A stretch of 64,000 nt of DNA from an uncultured virus (IMG/VR IMGVR_UViG_3300032116_000172) (taxonomy: Duplodnaviria > Heunggongvirae > Uroviricota > Caudoviricetes), in the IMG/VR virus record IMGVR_UViG_3300032116_000172. One strand, 5' to 3'. Positions 35,591-46,715 of this stretch are shown in pieces (the stretch's first letter is position 1; every line of letters starts with the position of its first letter). Position numbers and translations under genes: made by a program. Under the pieces are notes generated by a model. That model saw nothing but the letters and a program-made list of their open reading frames with translations. It was not told where the DNA came from and searched no databases.

Positions 35591-37843
35591 TTATTTAACT
35601 CGTTCTACTTTAAACCCACTTACGTCTGCACCGTCGCCGCCAATCATTAATTTTTCAAAGCGGTCATTGATCTCCATGTTCTTAAGCTCAATTGTTTTTT
35701 CCAGTGCTTTTATGTCTGCCGTCTGCTGCGGAGTTAACTTACCACCACTTAGAGTGTTGTAATCTGCTTGCATCTTAGCTAACGCTGTCTGCAATGGGGT
35801 TATGACTGCACGTAAAGTTTGTGCTCTTGCAGCCTCCAGCCGTGCTTGGCGCAGCCCTTCATTCTGGACTTTAGTAGCCGCCAGTTGTGCGTCACGAAGC
35901 ATCTCGTTAGAGCGTATAGTAGCGTCGTTAGTCAGTCGCGCAGTCTCTGCGGACATACCACGGCCTAGCGCCAATCCAGCTTCAGTTAGGGCTTTCTCTT
36001 GCTGTCCTTCATACTCTTTACGTGCGCCAGTTTGTGCGCCGTATGTGCCTTTCTTAACGTCCAAACCAATATTGGCTAGTTCGTCCTTAGCTTTGTTAGC
36101 TTCGATCAGACGTTGGCGCAAAACATCAGCATTACGACGTTCAGCCGCAAGTCCAGCGCTACCAGCAGAACCAAGAGCTTGTTGCCACGAACTACCTCTA
36201 GCGCCCAACAAAGCTTCTATGGTTTCGTTCTCACGCTCACGTTTAGCCCGTTCAGCGTCGAGTGCCTCAAGTCCAGCAAGGCGTTTGGCGGCGTCCGCAG
36301 CATTCCGTTCAGTAGGTACGCCTACTTGTTGGTAGTACTCAATACCACGCTGGCGGGCCATCTCTTCTGGGTCAACACCTAGCCGCTGCCCAAGAACTTT
36401 GTTTTGCTGTGCGGCAAGAGTTTTATATTCTCTAGGTACAACCGAGGTAATACCTCCCACTGGGGTAGGAGCCGGAGCCGGTACAGGAGGGGCTTCAGGT
36501 GCAGGGGGCGCAGGAGGTACCGCCATCGCACGAACAGACTCCTCAGTAACAGGCTGACCTGCTGTCGGATCTACTTCACGCCCCACCATACCTTCAGGAT
36601 ACGGCATTGATTTTCGTTGGTCGTTAGCAACGCCCGGTTCCGGGTAAGGCATGGATTTAGGCGGTACAGGAGTTTCTAGTTTAGGTTTACCCTGCAATAC
36701 GTCTAGTATAGGGTTAGGTTCGTATGGCTGACCTTTTTTAACTGTACGCTGGTACGGTTTAGGTTCAGGGCCATACATGTACACACCTTCTGGGCTATAC
36801 ACGGCTTCCTCTTCCACCGGAGCCGGAGCTTTTAGTTTTGCTCCTCTACCCGTATCCAAGGGAGGTAGTTGCTGTAAGCCGTTTTTATCGCCAGCGTAAG
36901 CCGACGGGAACAAAGACGTAATGCCTTCTGCTAACTTCTCACCAAGACCCTTCTCTTGCTGTGCCATATACGTTTTAACCCGTGGAATATACGCACGGGT
37001 TTCAGCAGGAAGCTTGGTGCGGTCGCCGCCAGCAGCGAGCCACTTGTTCACGTTACCCGGCCCCCAGTTGTAGGCAGCCAAGGCTAGGTCAACATCTTTG
37101 TACTTACGTAACATCGCATCAAGGTACTCTTTACCGACGCGCTCGTTTTCTTCTGGGCTATTATCACGTGCCGGACGTACGCCAAAGCCCGGGTCACGCG
37201 AAGTTTTAGGCATAACTTGAGCCGCGCCCTGTGCGCCTTTTTTGGAGGTTAGTACGTTGCCTTTGGTATCAAGATGTTTACCACGACTTTCGGCTTGGAT
37301 TACAGCCGGGAACAGACGATCAATTAAGCGCTTACGTTTAGCAGCCTCCTCGTCTTCAATCCCTTTATTGCCGCCTTTAACAAACGCAACGATGCCGCCA
37401 GCAGCCATACCCCCTTGGTCTTCGTTTCTTTCGTACTCTGCCGAGTCTGGGAAGTCTAAAATGCCACCCGCAGCCATAGCTTTAGTGGGCATCAATCCGG
37501 GCGCAGGCAGGCCAGCCACACCTTGCTCTTGAGTTTGTACCGCTTGCTGAAGAGCTTTTTGTTTCTCTATAGCTTCTTGCTGCATGGTGCCTGCAAGCTG
37601 CTGTTGTATTTCTTGCTTGGTTCTACCTACAACTTCTTGCTGAAGTTGTTGTGCAATAGGCGGCCTTTTACCTGTCTGCGCCATTCGGAGTTTCATCTCA
37701 CGATCTTTGGCGTCCATCTCGGACTTAATTTTTTGAAGTGCGAGCAAGTCTATTAGCTGTTGGCTGACAGCATACTTCTGCTGAAGTGCTTGAGGGTTAC
37801 CTCTGTAGGCGGCTACAGTCTCTTCAACTCGTGGATCGATCAT
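35591..37843 (-). CDS. ejection protein with a lytic transglycosylase (SLT) domain
   Basis: IQAESRG...GAQGAAQVMPKT...ALAAYNWGPGNV. Confidence 0.8.
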   Translation of the reverse strand: MIDPRVEETVAAYRGNPQALQQKYAVSQQLIDLLALQKIKSEMDAKDREMKLRMAQTGKRPPIAQQLQQEVVGRTKQEIQQQLAGTMQQEAIEKQKALQQAVQTQEQGVAGLPAPGLMPTKAMAAGGILDFPDSAEYERNEDQGGMAAGGIVAFVKGGNKGIEDEEAAKRKRLIDRLFPAVIQAESRGKHLDTKGNVLTSKKGAQGAAQVMPKTSRDPGFGVRPARDNSPEENERVGKEYLDAMLRKYKDVDLALAAYNWGPGNVNKWLAAGGDRTKLPAETRAYIPRVKTYMAQQEKGLGEKLAEGITSLFPSAYAGDKNGLQQLPPLDTGRGAKLKAPAPVEEEAVYSPEGVYMYGPEPKPYQRTVKKGQPYEPNPILDVLQGKPKLETPVPPKSMPYPEPGVANDQRKSMPYPEGMVGREVDPTAGQPVTEESVRAMAVPPAPPAPEAPPVPAPAPTPVGGITSVVPREYKTLAAQQNKVLGQRLGVDPEEMARQRGIEYYQQVGVPTERNAADAAKRLAGLEALDAERAKRERENETIEALLGARGSSWQQALGSAGSAGLAAERRNADVLRQRLIEANKAKDELANIGLDVKKGTYGAQTGARKEYEGQQEKALTEAGLALGRGMSAETARLTNDATIRSNEMLRDAQLAATKVQNEGLRQARLEAARAQTLRAVITPLQTALAKMQADYNTLSGGKLTPQQTADIKALEKTIELKNMEINDRFEKLMIGGDGADVSGFKVERVK

Positions 37844-37852
37844 AGTAATTCC

Positions 37853-38662
37853 TTAGCCCGGAGGGGTTGTTGTTTTTGGCCCAAAGAACATATCCCATAG
37901 TTTCTGTGCGCCGCCAGCAGCGTTCATCAATTCAGTCAGTGCGCTAGGCGGTTGGTACGAGTAGTTCTGGGTCGCAACCGGCAAGCCCTGCAATAGTGAC
38001 TGCTGGTACTGTACTTTCTTGAAGGGGTCGTCACGTGCGGCTTCGAACTCTTTACGACGTGCGGCAATATCTTCAGACTCAATAGCACGTTGCGTAGCTC
38101 CAAGATCAGCTTGTTTCTGTAACGCCGCAAGGCCGTACTGGTTTATTTGGTTCTGCTGCTCTACAGCTCTGTCGTAGGCTGTGGCGTAACCTTTACCAGT
38201 AATATCAGCGATCTGTTGGTTCAAATTACGCTGCGCCTCAGACTCCATTAAAGCTTGGCGTGAACCACCAAACGCGCCAGTTTGAGCAAGGCGTCCAGCA
38301 TTTTGAGCGCGTATCAGTTCGGCTTGGCGGTTGGCCTCGTTGATCTGGGGCTGCAAAGAAGCCATCAAATACGGGTTCATCAACTGCTGGATACGGGTAG
38401 CGTCAAACCCGCCCATTTGGTTAGTAGGTACAGTCAACCCAGCTAGACCAGAAAAAGCTTTAGTTTGCAGTTCCGATGGCCCTGCTGTAAGCGACCCGCC
38501 GTAACCTTGGTATGGGGTATTGGACAGCGCTTGACCTTTAGCCAGCATGTCCGTTACGTATGGGCCTACCCAGTTAGATAGGGATGATTCCTGCCCTGTA
38601 AGGGAGCCAGTTAAATCGCCGGGGTTTGTAGTCCCAGTGCTTCCAGTTGTACCGTTAGCCAT
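37853..38662 (-). CDS. putative internal virion / DNA transfer protein
   Basis: Q/A-rich helical protein, MNPY...GAFGGSR; within the ejection cluster. Confidence 0.6.
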   Translation of the reverse strand: MANGTTGSTGTTNPGDLTGSLTGQESSLSNWVGPYVTDMLAKGQALSNTPYQGYGGSLTAGPSELQTKAFSGLAGLTVPTNQMGGFDATRIQQLMNPYLMASLQPQINEANRQAELIRAQNAGRLAQTGAFGGSRQALMESEAQRNLNQQIADITGKGYATAYDRAVEQQNQINQYGLAALQKQADLGATQRAIESEDIAARRKEFEAARDDPFKKVQYQQSLLQGLPVATQNYSYQPPSALTELMNAAGGAQKLWDMFFGPKTTTPPG

Positions 38663-38670
38663 GTTTTACC

Positions 38671-39741
38671 TCACGCGGGTATATATTTGTTCGGGTCAAT
38701 TTGCTTGCCTTGCTTCTTAGTGCCTGTGCGGGCTTGGCGTACTTTGTCCATCATGGCGTAGAGCCGCTGTGCGCCAGCTTCAGAGTTGCCATTACCCAGA
38801 TGACTCACTACGTCCGCAGGTACAACAAACTCGCCGTGGCTTAGTGCAGCAGGCTGCCCGCCATCAATCTTGGTACGTAGTTTGTCAGCCATACCATCAG
38901 TACCGCCGCGTAGATACGTACCTTGTTTTAAGTTTGCCAAACCACCCGTTGCCATTGTAGTTACCGGCATTACCGGCTTTGGGTTTAGAGCCTCCAAACC
39001 TTTAGCTTGTGCCTGTGTAGCGGCTTGCGCTGCGGCAGCTTTGTCAGGGGTGGCGTATACAAGATCAGAGAAGTAAACGCGGTTAGGGTCACCCGCTTTA
39101 GTCGGCGCAAACGCCCCAGCTACTGGGCTACGTACCGCTTGATAAGTTGGTATCTTGCCTTGGTATCCGCGAGGTTGGCTGCTAGTACTTTTATCTCCTA
39201 GCCAGCCCATACTTTTAGCGGCGGACAACATCCCTGCACCAGCACCCACTACCTTCTTCCAATTAACGTTACCTTTGTCATCAGTAAACGTTTTCTTTAG
39301 GAGGTCAATACCCGCGCTACCCAGTTTAGCTAACGTACCTCTGTTAGAAGTGGGGTCATAAACTAACGCCCCATTATGGTAGTACTTACCATCGGGAGAT
39401 ATGGCAGTGCCGTTGTCGTAGTACTTCCACCCATATCCGGCTTCGCCTTCTTTGGCGAGGTTAGGGATTTCGGAAGTAGTGCTTGAATCAAAGTCCTCAA
39501 GCCCAGATAGATCAAATCCTTCGGTGTCAAACCAACTTGAGTCGCCTGTATCCGCGCCACCGCTTAAAGCTTCAGTGTCGAGGTAATCAAAACCGGGGGC
39601 GTACCCGTAGTCGCCGCCAAGATCGCCGATGTTGTAGTAGTCGCCTAAATCTAAATCGGCTATGCCGCCGCTACCAGAATCATAGGTATACACGGGGTCA
39701 GAATCAATTCTAAAATCGTAACTCAGCTCTTCATCATCCAT
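38671..39741 (-). CDS. putative internal virion protein
   Basis: Acidic N-terminus; C-terminal ATGG...GTDGMAD...ALSHGEFVVPADVV. Confidence 0.6.
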   Translation of the reverse strand: MDDEELSYDFRIDSDPVYTYDSGSGGIADLDLGDYYNIGDLGGDYGYAPGFDYLDTEALSGGADTGDSSWFDTEGFDLSGLEDFDSSTTSEIPNLAKEGEAGYGWKYYDNGTAISPDGKYYHNGALVYDPTSNRGTLAKLGSAGIDLLKKTFTDDKGNVNWKKVVGAGAGMLSAAKSMGWLGDKSTSSQPRGYQGKIPTYQAVRSPVAGAFAPTKAGDPNRVYFSDLVYATPDKAAAAQAATQAQAKGLEALNPKPVMPVTTMATGGLANLKQGTYLRGGTDGMADKLRTKIDGGQPAALSHGEFVVPADVVSHLGNGNSEAGAQRLYAMMDKVRQARTGTKKQGKQIDPNKYIPA

Positions 39742-39742
39742 A

Positions 39743-42736
39743 CTAACCCCTTAGAATTCTTAACAGATCGTCTACCGTACCGCCTGTAGAGTACAACTGC
39801 CTGAACGTACCTTCTTGTGCTTTATTTTTACTCTGAGCGGGAGCAAATATATCCTCCCCACCAATATCATAAAAATACCCTATTTTCGCCAGTTCAGGGG
39901 GAGTTATATTCTGGGCAGGAGCCGGTTGTTGTCCTTGTAACAACGACAGCAACGCCATAGCGTTAGACCCCGTTTGGGCAGGTTTTGGCGGTACGACAGG
40001 GGGTTTAACGATTGGAGGTTTTACCCCACCGCCGCCTGTAGTTCCACCGCCCGTAGTCCCGCCACCTGTAGTTCCTCCACCCGTAACACCACCCGGGCCT
40101 GCTAAGTCATCGGCGTTTACATCAATTTCCCCATCGGTTACCCCTGCGTTAGGGTCTTCCGGTATGTCTTCCGGGTTGATTGTGTCTACGTCTGGGTCTA
40201 GTAACTCTGGGTCAACATCAATCTCCCCTTCAGTTACCCCTGCGTTCGGGTCTTCCGGTATGTCTTCCGGGTTTATCACCCCTACATCCGGGTCCAACAA
40301 ATCCGGGTCTACGGTAATTTCTCCGTCAGTTACCCCTGCATACGGGTCTTCTGGGATGTCTTCAGGGCGTATTACCCCTACATCCGGGTCCAACAAATCC
40401 GGGTCTACATCGATTTCCCCCTCGGTTACCCCTGCATACGGGTCTTCTGGGATGTCTTCTGGGTTTATGCCAACTTCGTCTTGTATTATGTACGCAAGGG
40501 TACCGTCAGGTAGACGACTAGCTATTAGGTTGTTGTCTTTTATCTCTTTATCTGTAGCAAGATGGTACCCCTCTGGGATGTCCAAATCTATTACATCTGT
40601 CCCCGTGCCTAAGTCTTTGAGCGGTTCGGAGCCGGGAGGGTTTAGCGCATTAACTTGATCTAGCGGCAGCGCGGGGCCTTTTGACGGTTTAAGTTCATCT
40701 AACATACTCTCGCCGTAGTTTTGGACGCGGTTGGCAATAATGTCCGCTCCGTATTTTGACCAAGCTTCGTCCAAACTCATACCGTTAGCCAATGCAGAAG
40801 CGCTTAGATTAGCGAAGTCTCCTGCTACTCCTGAGAAGAAGTTAATACTCTTTTTGTCTTGCCCTTCTAAAAATTTGGCTACGTTGTTAGAAGTAACCGC
40901 CCCAGCAAACTGCGCGGCAATCTGAGAAATAAATTGATTTGGATCACCGTTCTTTGTGGCGGTTACGCCCGCGTTTTCAATAATTCTGTACGCTTGGGTC
41001 GGAGTAACTCCTCCGGCTATGGCTAAGTCTTTTACAAATTTAGCCCCTTGTACAGGATCGCCTAGACCTACAATATTGTTAACGACTGTAGGGGTGTAGT
41101 AATTAAACACTCCGGCGGTAGCGCCAGAAATCAATGACTTCTCAAAGTCTCCTTTAGTAGCTACTAAGTTAGTGCCAAAGTTTACAAGCCCTTTAGCAAT
41201 AGCCGCAGCAGCTTCCTTACTTAATTGCGTACCTAACTGTTCGGCGGCAAAGGTTTGAAGCCCTTTAGCTAACTCTCCAGTGCCGGGGGGTGAAGCGAAT
41301 AACAACGCCATCTGGACAGGCGGCATAGACAACAGGTCACCCGCAAACGAAGCGAGATCGCTAAATAGCTCTCCGTACCACGTGCTTGTTGCGTTCCTAA
41401 CTGCGCTGTATGATTTTGAATACGCTTGCCCAGTATCTGGGTTTACGATAGGGATGAGGTTACCTTCATCATCGCCACGATAAAGTATCGCCAAGTGATT
41501 GGCTTTTTGGTTGTGTCCAGAACCTTGAGTAGCGTTAGCAACTAAATAAAGGTCTTTAGTCTTATCGTAGATGTCGTTGTATAGTTTGACACCGTCAATC
41601 TGATATACAGGTTGCTTTTTGACAGGGTCGTACTGAGCAATGTACCGTTCTCCTGTATCAGGGTCGGTGTAGATTGTGGCGTTTTGGCCTAACACTGGGG
41701 TTGTGTTTGTAGCCGCGCCCATCCCTCCAGAAACTGGAGTTGCTTCCCAGCGAGCCGGTTTAGCGTACTGCTCCAAATCCATACCAAGAGACTTTGCCGC
41801 AGCCTCGTAGTTACCTTGGATGCCGTACCCCGGGCTACCCATCATACCTTGAGACGGAAGTGGGCCATAAGTCAACCCAAAGATAGCTGGGCCATGTAAA
41901 GCACTAGACGCATCGGATTTTGTGTTCCACCCATAGACGTTCCAGTTGTCTCGTAGCGTTTGGGCGTCTAATGACGTAGTGCCTTTTGCGTTAAATACCG
42001 CATCTAACCCGTTACGGTTTAGTATAGGTAACCCAGTTCTAGGATCGACCCTGTCGTACATTTCCTTAGACGGATTATTTTTTGGCGGGACGTAGCCTTT
42101 GGTTACAGTATTGAACGAAGTTATTAAGTCCCCCATATCTTTATGTGCACTAAGATACGTAGCTGTACCAGCGTCAAAAACTTCTGCTAGTTCCGGGTTT
42201 TGTTTATACCAAGCTTGGCCTTTGATATGCCCAAGGGGGTCCCACAAAGGCTTGGTAGTTTCCCGACGAAAATTATTTAATTCGGTGGTGAGTTGTTTAG
42301 CTTTAGCGACTTCCGCAGCACTAGCCGTACCGTTTGCGACTCGGTTTAGGATAATTTCTAGCGGTTTTTCTTTGTCGTATGCAGCTTGTGCCGCACGGTC
42401 AAAGTAGTTTTTTATGTTCGATAGCGACGTAGATTTCAGTATCTCGTAAAATTCTCGCTGCTCTGGTTTGAGGTTTGTTTTCTTTAACTGCGTAACCGCG
42501 TTAGTGTAGTCCGAGATTGAAGGTAATTGGTACTGTATTGGGGTGCTAGAAATTTTATACTGTGGGGCGGTATTCCCCCCAGCGGCAAAACTAACCAACC
42601 CCCCGCCCGCAAGTTTAGTGGGCGCGAGATACGACTTATACTGGTCTTCAGGAATATTGTTGGCAGCCGCGTAGAACTTGACCGCTAAAGGGTCGTCCTT
42701 GTGCGCCTCAAAAAATGCGTTGGCTTCAGTAGTCAT
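39743..42736 (-). CDS. putative internal virion protein with acidic tandem repeats
   Basis: 997 aa; 32-aa repeats and a GGGTT linker. Confidence 0.6.
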   Translation of the reverse strand: MTTEANAFFEAHKDDPLAVKFYAAANNIPEDQYKSYLAPTKLAGGGLVSFAAGGNTAPQYKISSTPIQYQLPSISDYTNAVTQLKKTNLKPEQREFYEILKSTSLSNIKNYFDRAAQAAYDKEKPLEIILNRVANGTASAAEVAKAKQLTTELNNFRRETTKPLWDPLGHIKGQAWYKQNPELAEVFDAGTATYLSAHKDMGDLITSFNTVTKGYVPPKNNPSKEMYDRVDPRTGLPILNRNGLDAVFNAKGTTSLDAQTLRDNWNVYGWNTKSDASSALHGPAIFGLTYGPLPSQGMMGSPGYGIQGNYEAAAKSLGMDLEQYAKPARWEATPVSGGMGAATNTTPVLGQNATIYTDPDTGERYIAQYDPVKKQPVYQIDGVKLYNDIYDKTKDLYLVANATQGSGHNQKANHLAILYRGDDEGNLIPIVNPDTGQAYSKSYSAVRNATSTWYGELFSDLASFAGDLLSMPPVQMALLFASPPGTGELAKGLQTFAAEQLGTQLSKEAAAAIAKGLVNFGTNLVATKGDFEKSLISGATAGVFNYYTPTVVNNIVGLGDPVQGAKFVKDLAIAGGVTPTQAYRIIENAGVTATKNGDPNQFISQIAAQFAGAVTSNNVAKFLEGQDKKSINFFSGVAGDFANLSASALANGMSLDEAWSKYGADIIANRVQNYGESMLDELKPSKGPALPLDQVNALNPPGSEPLKDLGTGTDVIDLDIPEGYHLATDKEIKDNNLIASRLPDGTLAYIIQDEVGINPEDIPEDPYAGVTEGEIDVDPDLLDPDVGVIRPEDIPEDPYAGVTDGEITVDPDLLDPDVGVINPEDIPEDPNAGVTEGEIDVDPELLDPDVDTINPEDIPEDPNAGVTDGEIDVNADDLAGPGGVTGGGTTGGGTTGGGTTGGGGVKPPIVKPPVVPPKPAQTGSNAMALLSLLQGQQPAPAQNITPPELAKIGYFYDIGGEDIFAPAQSKNKAQEGTFRQLYSTGGTVDDLLRILRG
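40118..40468 (-). repeat. 96-nt in-frame tandem repeat (about 3.7 units)
   Basis: Unit INPEDIPEDPYAGVTEGEIDVDPDLLDPDVGV. Confidence 0.9.
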
Positions 42737-42747
42737 AGCAAACCCTG

Positions 42748-44157
42748 TTAGAGCAATAGATCGTAGAAACCAAACGAGCCATACATAGTATTAGCAGTAC
42801 CGGACGCCCCAATAGTTCTAGCACATAGCGTGAGCACGTCACTAACCCCGGCGAGGGATACTCCAAGCTGCAAGTCCCACTTGTACCCCAAGCTAGTCAG
42901 TATATTACTGGACGACTGAGCCGTAGCAGATACGTAATCAACTTGGCAGATTTGCGTACCGGTCGGCTGAGTACCAAACGCGGTAGCAGATACATCGTAA
43001 TCAACATCAGCAAAAACGCCAGTTACCCATGACGCGCCGGTTAAGGCAACGTTTCTTACAATAGCTACTTCATAGTTAGCCGAAGTAATAGGGAACACCG
43101 CAAACTGTGCAGGGAGTACAACTGCTCCAAGACGGCTAGAATTTAATCTAATGCTTACCAGTGGGACAAAAGTATTGCTGGTAGGTATATTACCTAACGT
43201 TCCAGACGTTCCCGCCATCCTAGCCCAGAATTGTTGGGATACTTGTTCGTAGCCGCCCTCAGAAATAACAGTGGCGCATATTTGAGTTAACGAACTAGCG
43301 GTCGTGGCGTTGTTAGTTATTTCATACCGTACAGGAAGTACTGCTGTGGTCATATAGACCGTAGTTAGGGTGGAGTTGGCGTTATAAAAAGTGTGGCAGT
43401 TAATGTACTGCCCATCAACGACAAAACCGGTCCTTACAATACCTACACCTAACCATTCTAAGTCAACGTAAAAAATTTGAGTTTTAGTAGGGTCAAGGGT
43501 GTAGCCAGACGGACCCGCCCCATTCATTTTATCGCCGTTCCATGCACTTTGGGGGATAACGGTATTAACAGGCGCTCCGCTAGTACTGGAACGAACCACC
43601 ATATTTAATGTAGCGCCGTCTTGCTCAAAATATATCCCGTTGTTTGCGTCAAAATATCCCACACGTTTTACCACTCCAGCAGCCCCGGCACCCATCACAA
43701 AAGTGCACATTATTAATAAACTCTTGCCGGGTTGATACGGAAAATACCTAAACGTTTGCCGGATTGCTTGCGACCCTATAGTGGATGTTACATTTAACGT
43801 AGTGGAACTTTGGTTTGAGTTAAACGTGGCGGTGCCGCCTGAAGTGGTGCTTGTGTCAAACGCTGTGTCACTCGTATATCGAGATTGACTATCGAACAGC
43901 GTATACGGATTACTAACCCGCAAACGGTTAAACGCATCTACCGAACCATCGGTAAACGATACTGGAATTGATCCGGTTGTAGAGGTCATAAGCGTAAGCT
44001 GACTTATTAGTTTATCAACCTGATTAAAATACAGGCGCAATATACTGTTTAGCTGGTCGTGGTAATTCTTTTGGTACTCGACCGGCGCGACCGGCAACGC
44101 GGGCGCTACCGTTTTTAACAGGCTTGTATCGTTCGTAACAACAACTGAAGAGGTCAT
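42748..44157 (-). CDS. tail-associated structural protein
   Basis: Beta-rich; follows the stabilisation protein. Confidence 0.55.
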   Translation of the reverse strand: MTSSVVVTNDTSLLKTVAPALPVAPVEYQKNYHDQLNSILRLYFNQVDKLISQLTLMTSTTGSIPVSFTDGSVDAFNRLRVSNPYTLFDSQSRYTSDTAFDTSTTSGGTATFNSNQSSTTLNVTSTIGSQAIRQTFRYFPYQPGKSLLIMCTFVMGAGAAGVVKRVGYFDANNGIYFEQDGATLNMVVRSSTSGAPVNTVIPQSAWNGDKMNGAGPSGYTLDPTKTQIFYVDLEWLGVGIVRTGFVVDGQYINCHTFYNANSTLTTVYMTTAVLPVRYEITNNATTASSLTQICATVISEGGYEQVSQQFWARMAGTSGTLGNIPTSNTFVPLVSIRLNSSRLGAVVLPAQFAVFPITSANYEVAIVRNVALTGASWVTGVFADVDYDVSATAFGTQPTGTQICQVDYVSATAQSSSNILTSLGYKWDLQLGVSLAGVSDVLTLCARTIGASGTANTMYGSFGFYDLLL

Positions 44158-46328
44158 CGCCGTCCGTCCGCTCTGAGGTTAATTCGTGGCGCACCTAACT
44201 GCCATTGGGTACCTAACGAGTTGCAGTCCACTTTGAACGCCATCTGGCGGCCACGGATTCGTGTGTACACAATCTCAGTAAACTGCTGCACGTTATACGT
44301 TTGTTGGGTAGCGTACGATAGCGCAGAAGTAACTGTCGGCTCATCCGCCACGCCGTAGTTTGACCCCGGGTTCTGTCTTGGGCGGACAATAAAGTCCACG
44401 TTGGGATAGTTTGGCGCAGGAGTAGTAGACCCGTCAAACGTAATATCCGGCACTATCTGCCAAACAAAACCGTAGTTATGCCCTTCACCGATGTCAAAGT
44501 CTGAAGATTGGATGTAAGAATATATCGGACTTGGAGGGTTAGTTGTGCCATTATCAACTGCGGCTTCGTGATACACAACATAGTTAGTGTTTGTATCAGT
44601 TACATAAGAATTTATGTCATGGGACGCCGCAATGGTGTTGTTGTACCCACGAACGCACCCGGTAAACGACGCAGTGGTTACGCCTGTGTACGCAATAAGC
44701 TCGCTGTCGATTTGTATAACGCCGGTGTTAGGGTAACTAAGTGCGCTGTTCACCGGAATAGTCGTAGCAGTGCTATTTATAGCCGCCGCCAAAGTAGTGC
44801 GCTGCACCCCTAACGCCGCTTGCGGATATGGCCTTAGTGCACTATCCAGCCAAGCAGTACGGTTTAACGTGCCGTAATACCAGACGTGGTCTAGGTAATT
44901 AAATATGACGTAGCGGTCGATTACATTGCTGTTCTTTGAGCAATAGAACCACCAAACTTCACTGTACCCTTCGTTAGTCCCGGCAAAAAATTGCGCGGAT
45001 TGGGTCATGTTTATATTGCTAAACACATATTGGCGCAACGTAGAAGGTAGAGTTTCAACTCGGCCCGAGTACATATAGAACTTATCTATACCCATCCAGT
45101 ATGTGATACCGTTTGCGGTAACCATAGAATTAGGACTAGCTATAGATATGTTGTCGGCCAACAAAGTAAATCCGTACACCCCGCCAGAAATTCCTAGGTA
45201 TTGCATGGAGTAAATAGCGGAATCGGTCCACACCAAAATTTCTTGGCGGGTCTGTAATGCGCTCATAATGAATGAGCCATGCGATAGTCGGTAGTCACCA
45301 GCTTGACTTCCAACAGAAGACGCCGGGTTCCAGTTTGTGTAGCTCTCTTGGTCTGACCACCGAATCTGCATCGGGTCTAACACAGTTGTGGCATACGTGC
45401 CAGACGGGTCGTTACAACCAAAAGCGATAGTAATCCGACTAGCGTCAGACACCATAATTTTATTTATTAGGCTAGGCACATACGTACCGGATACTACTGT
45501 ACCGCGAGTTGCATATGCCGGTACCGCAGCCGAACCGGGGTCCCAAACATAGAAAGGTCCACCACGCGGGCAAAACAGTAGGCGCTCACCAAAGTTTGAT
45601 TGGCTCCACAAACGTAACTGCTGCCCTATCCCTGTGGTGTATCCAGAACCCCATCCACCTCGGCTCCACGGACCAGTACTCCAGCCAGTACCAATTGAAT
45701 ACACGGGTTCGCCGGGGGCTATTTGATATGCGGCACTAGCTGATGCGCCACCACCCGAAGCGGTAGATAAAGACGTAACAAACGGCCCGGGAGTAGTTAT
45801 AGATGTCCCTGCGGCCCGAGCGTAGATAGTATACGTAGTGGCGGTTTTATAGACAATCTCGTATTCTTGGTTTAGCACCCCTGCGGTAATCTCTGCGTTG
45901 ATGCCAGTTGCTCCGCTAAAAGTAACGTAGTCCCCGGTTTGAAACCCAACAGCGGCGGCATCGGTTACCGTTATTTCATACGAACCTGTTGTAGCGGCAA
46001 ACGCAACCGCCGTAGTAGGCACCGGCGCTGATGGCCCCGTGGAGATACGCAAAGGAGTGATGTCGTAATATACGCCACCGTTCTCAACATAAAACTTAAG
46101 ATTAGTGCCTACCCCTAGTAAGTTATAGCTCTTTAGCGTTATCCAATTCCACAACGACCGCGCTGTGCCTAAATACTTATTGTAAGAAAGTACTGCCCAT
46201 CCCCCGATTTTCTCTGGGAAACCGGAACGAAAACGAACTTTGTCGCATTCAAACCAACCACCTTCGTTGGCGAGCGTAGTCCCCTCTCGATTTACCCCGG
46301 GCTTAAAAAGTAATTTCTGTAAAGGCAT
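44154..46328 (-). CDS. tail tube B / head-closure stabilisation protein (P22 gp10-like)
   Basis: 724-aa beta-propeller-like; IRWSDQE, EVWWFY, RGRQMAF; position in the tail module. Confidence 0.7.
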   Translation of the reverse strand: MPLQKLLFKPGVNREGTTLANEGGWFECDKVRFRSGFPEKIGGWAVLSYNKYLGTARSLWNWITLKSYNLLGVGTNLKFYVENGGVYYDITPLRISTGPSAPVPTTAVAFAATTGSYEITVTDAAAVGFQTGDYVTFSGATGINAEITAGVLNQEYEIVYKTATTYTIYARAAGTSITTPGPFVTSLSTASGGGASASAAYQIAPGEPVYSIGTGWSTGPWSRGGWGSGYTTGIGQQLRLWSQSNFGERLLFCPRGGPFYVWDPGSAAVPAYATRGTVVSGTYVPSLINKIMVSDASRITIAFGCNDPSGTYATTVLDPMQIRWSDQESYTNWNPASSVGSQAGDYRLSHGSFIMSALQTRQEILVWTDSAIYSMQYLGISGGVYGFTLLADNISIASPNSMVTANGITYWMGIDKFYMYSGRVETLPSTLRQYVFSNINMTQSAQFFAGTNEGYSEVWWFYCSKNSNVIDRYVIFNYLDHVWYYGTLNRTAWLDSALRPYPQAALGVQRTTLAAAINSTATTIPVNSALSYPNTGVIQIDSELIAYTGVTTASFTGCVRGYNNTIAASHDINSYVTDTNTNYVVYHEAAVDNGTTNPPSPIYSYIQSSDFDIGEGHNYGFVWQIVPDITFDGSTTPAPNYPNVDFIVRPRQNPGSNYGVADEPTVTSALSYATQQTYNVQQFTEIVYTRIRGRQMAFKVDCNSLGTQWQLGAPRINLRADGRR

Positions 46329-46337
46329 TTTTAATCC

Positions 46338-46715
46338 TTACGGAAGAATGCTGACCGTAGCAAGACGACTCATGTCACCACCGCCCCCGACCCCGTACGG
46401 GCTGTTTTCTTGGCTATAGACGTCTACTACTTCCCCGTCCACATCTCTCATAGCAAAAACACAGTACCACAAAGTGTCATCTTCTAGGGCTTGGAACGCG
46501 TGTTCAAACTCTTTCTTAATCACTATGAAAGTAGGCGCAGTAAATTCTTTTGGTTCATGTCCAGTAACCGTGACTTTAACCTTTCCTTTGGCTAACAAAG
46601 TCACATGGTCAAAACTGTGCGCATGGCCTTGCTGCTTATCGCCAGCTTTAGCCAGTACGTTCTGGCGCACCCAGACGTTTCCAAAAAAAGCAAGGCGCTG
46701 ATTGTCTACGCTCAC
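46338..46715 (-). CDS. cupin-fold protein (copy 2)
   Basis: GHAHSFDHVTLLAKG...KEFEHAF. Confidence 0.75.
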   Translation of the reverse strand: MSVDNQRLAFFGNVWVRQNVLAKAGDKQQGHAHSFDHVTLLAKGKVKVTVTGHEPKEFTAPTFIVIKKEFEHAFQALEDDTLWYCVFAMRDVDGEVVDVYSQENSPYGVGGGGDMSRLATVSILP

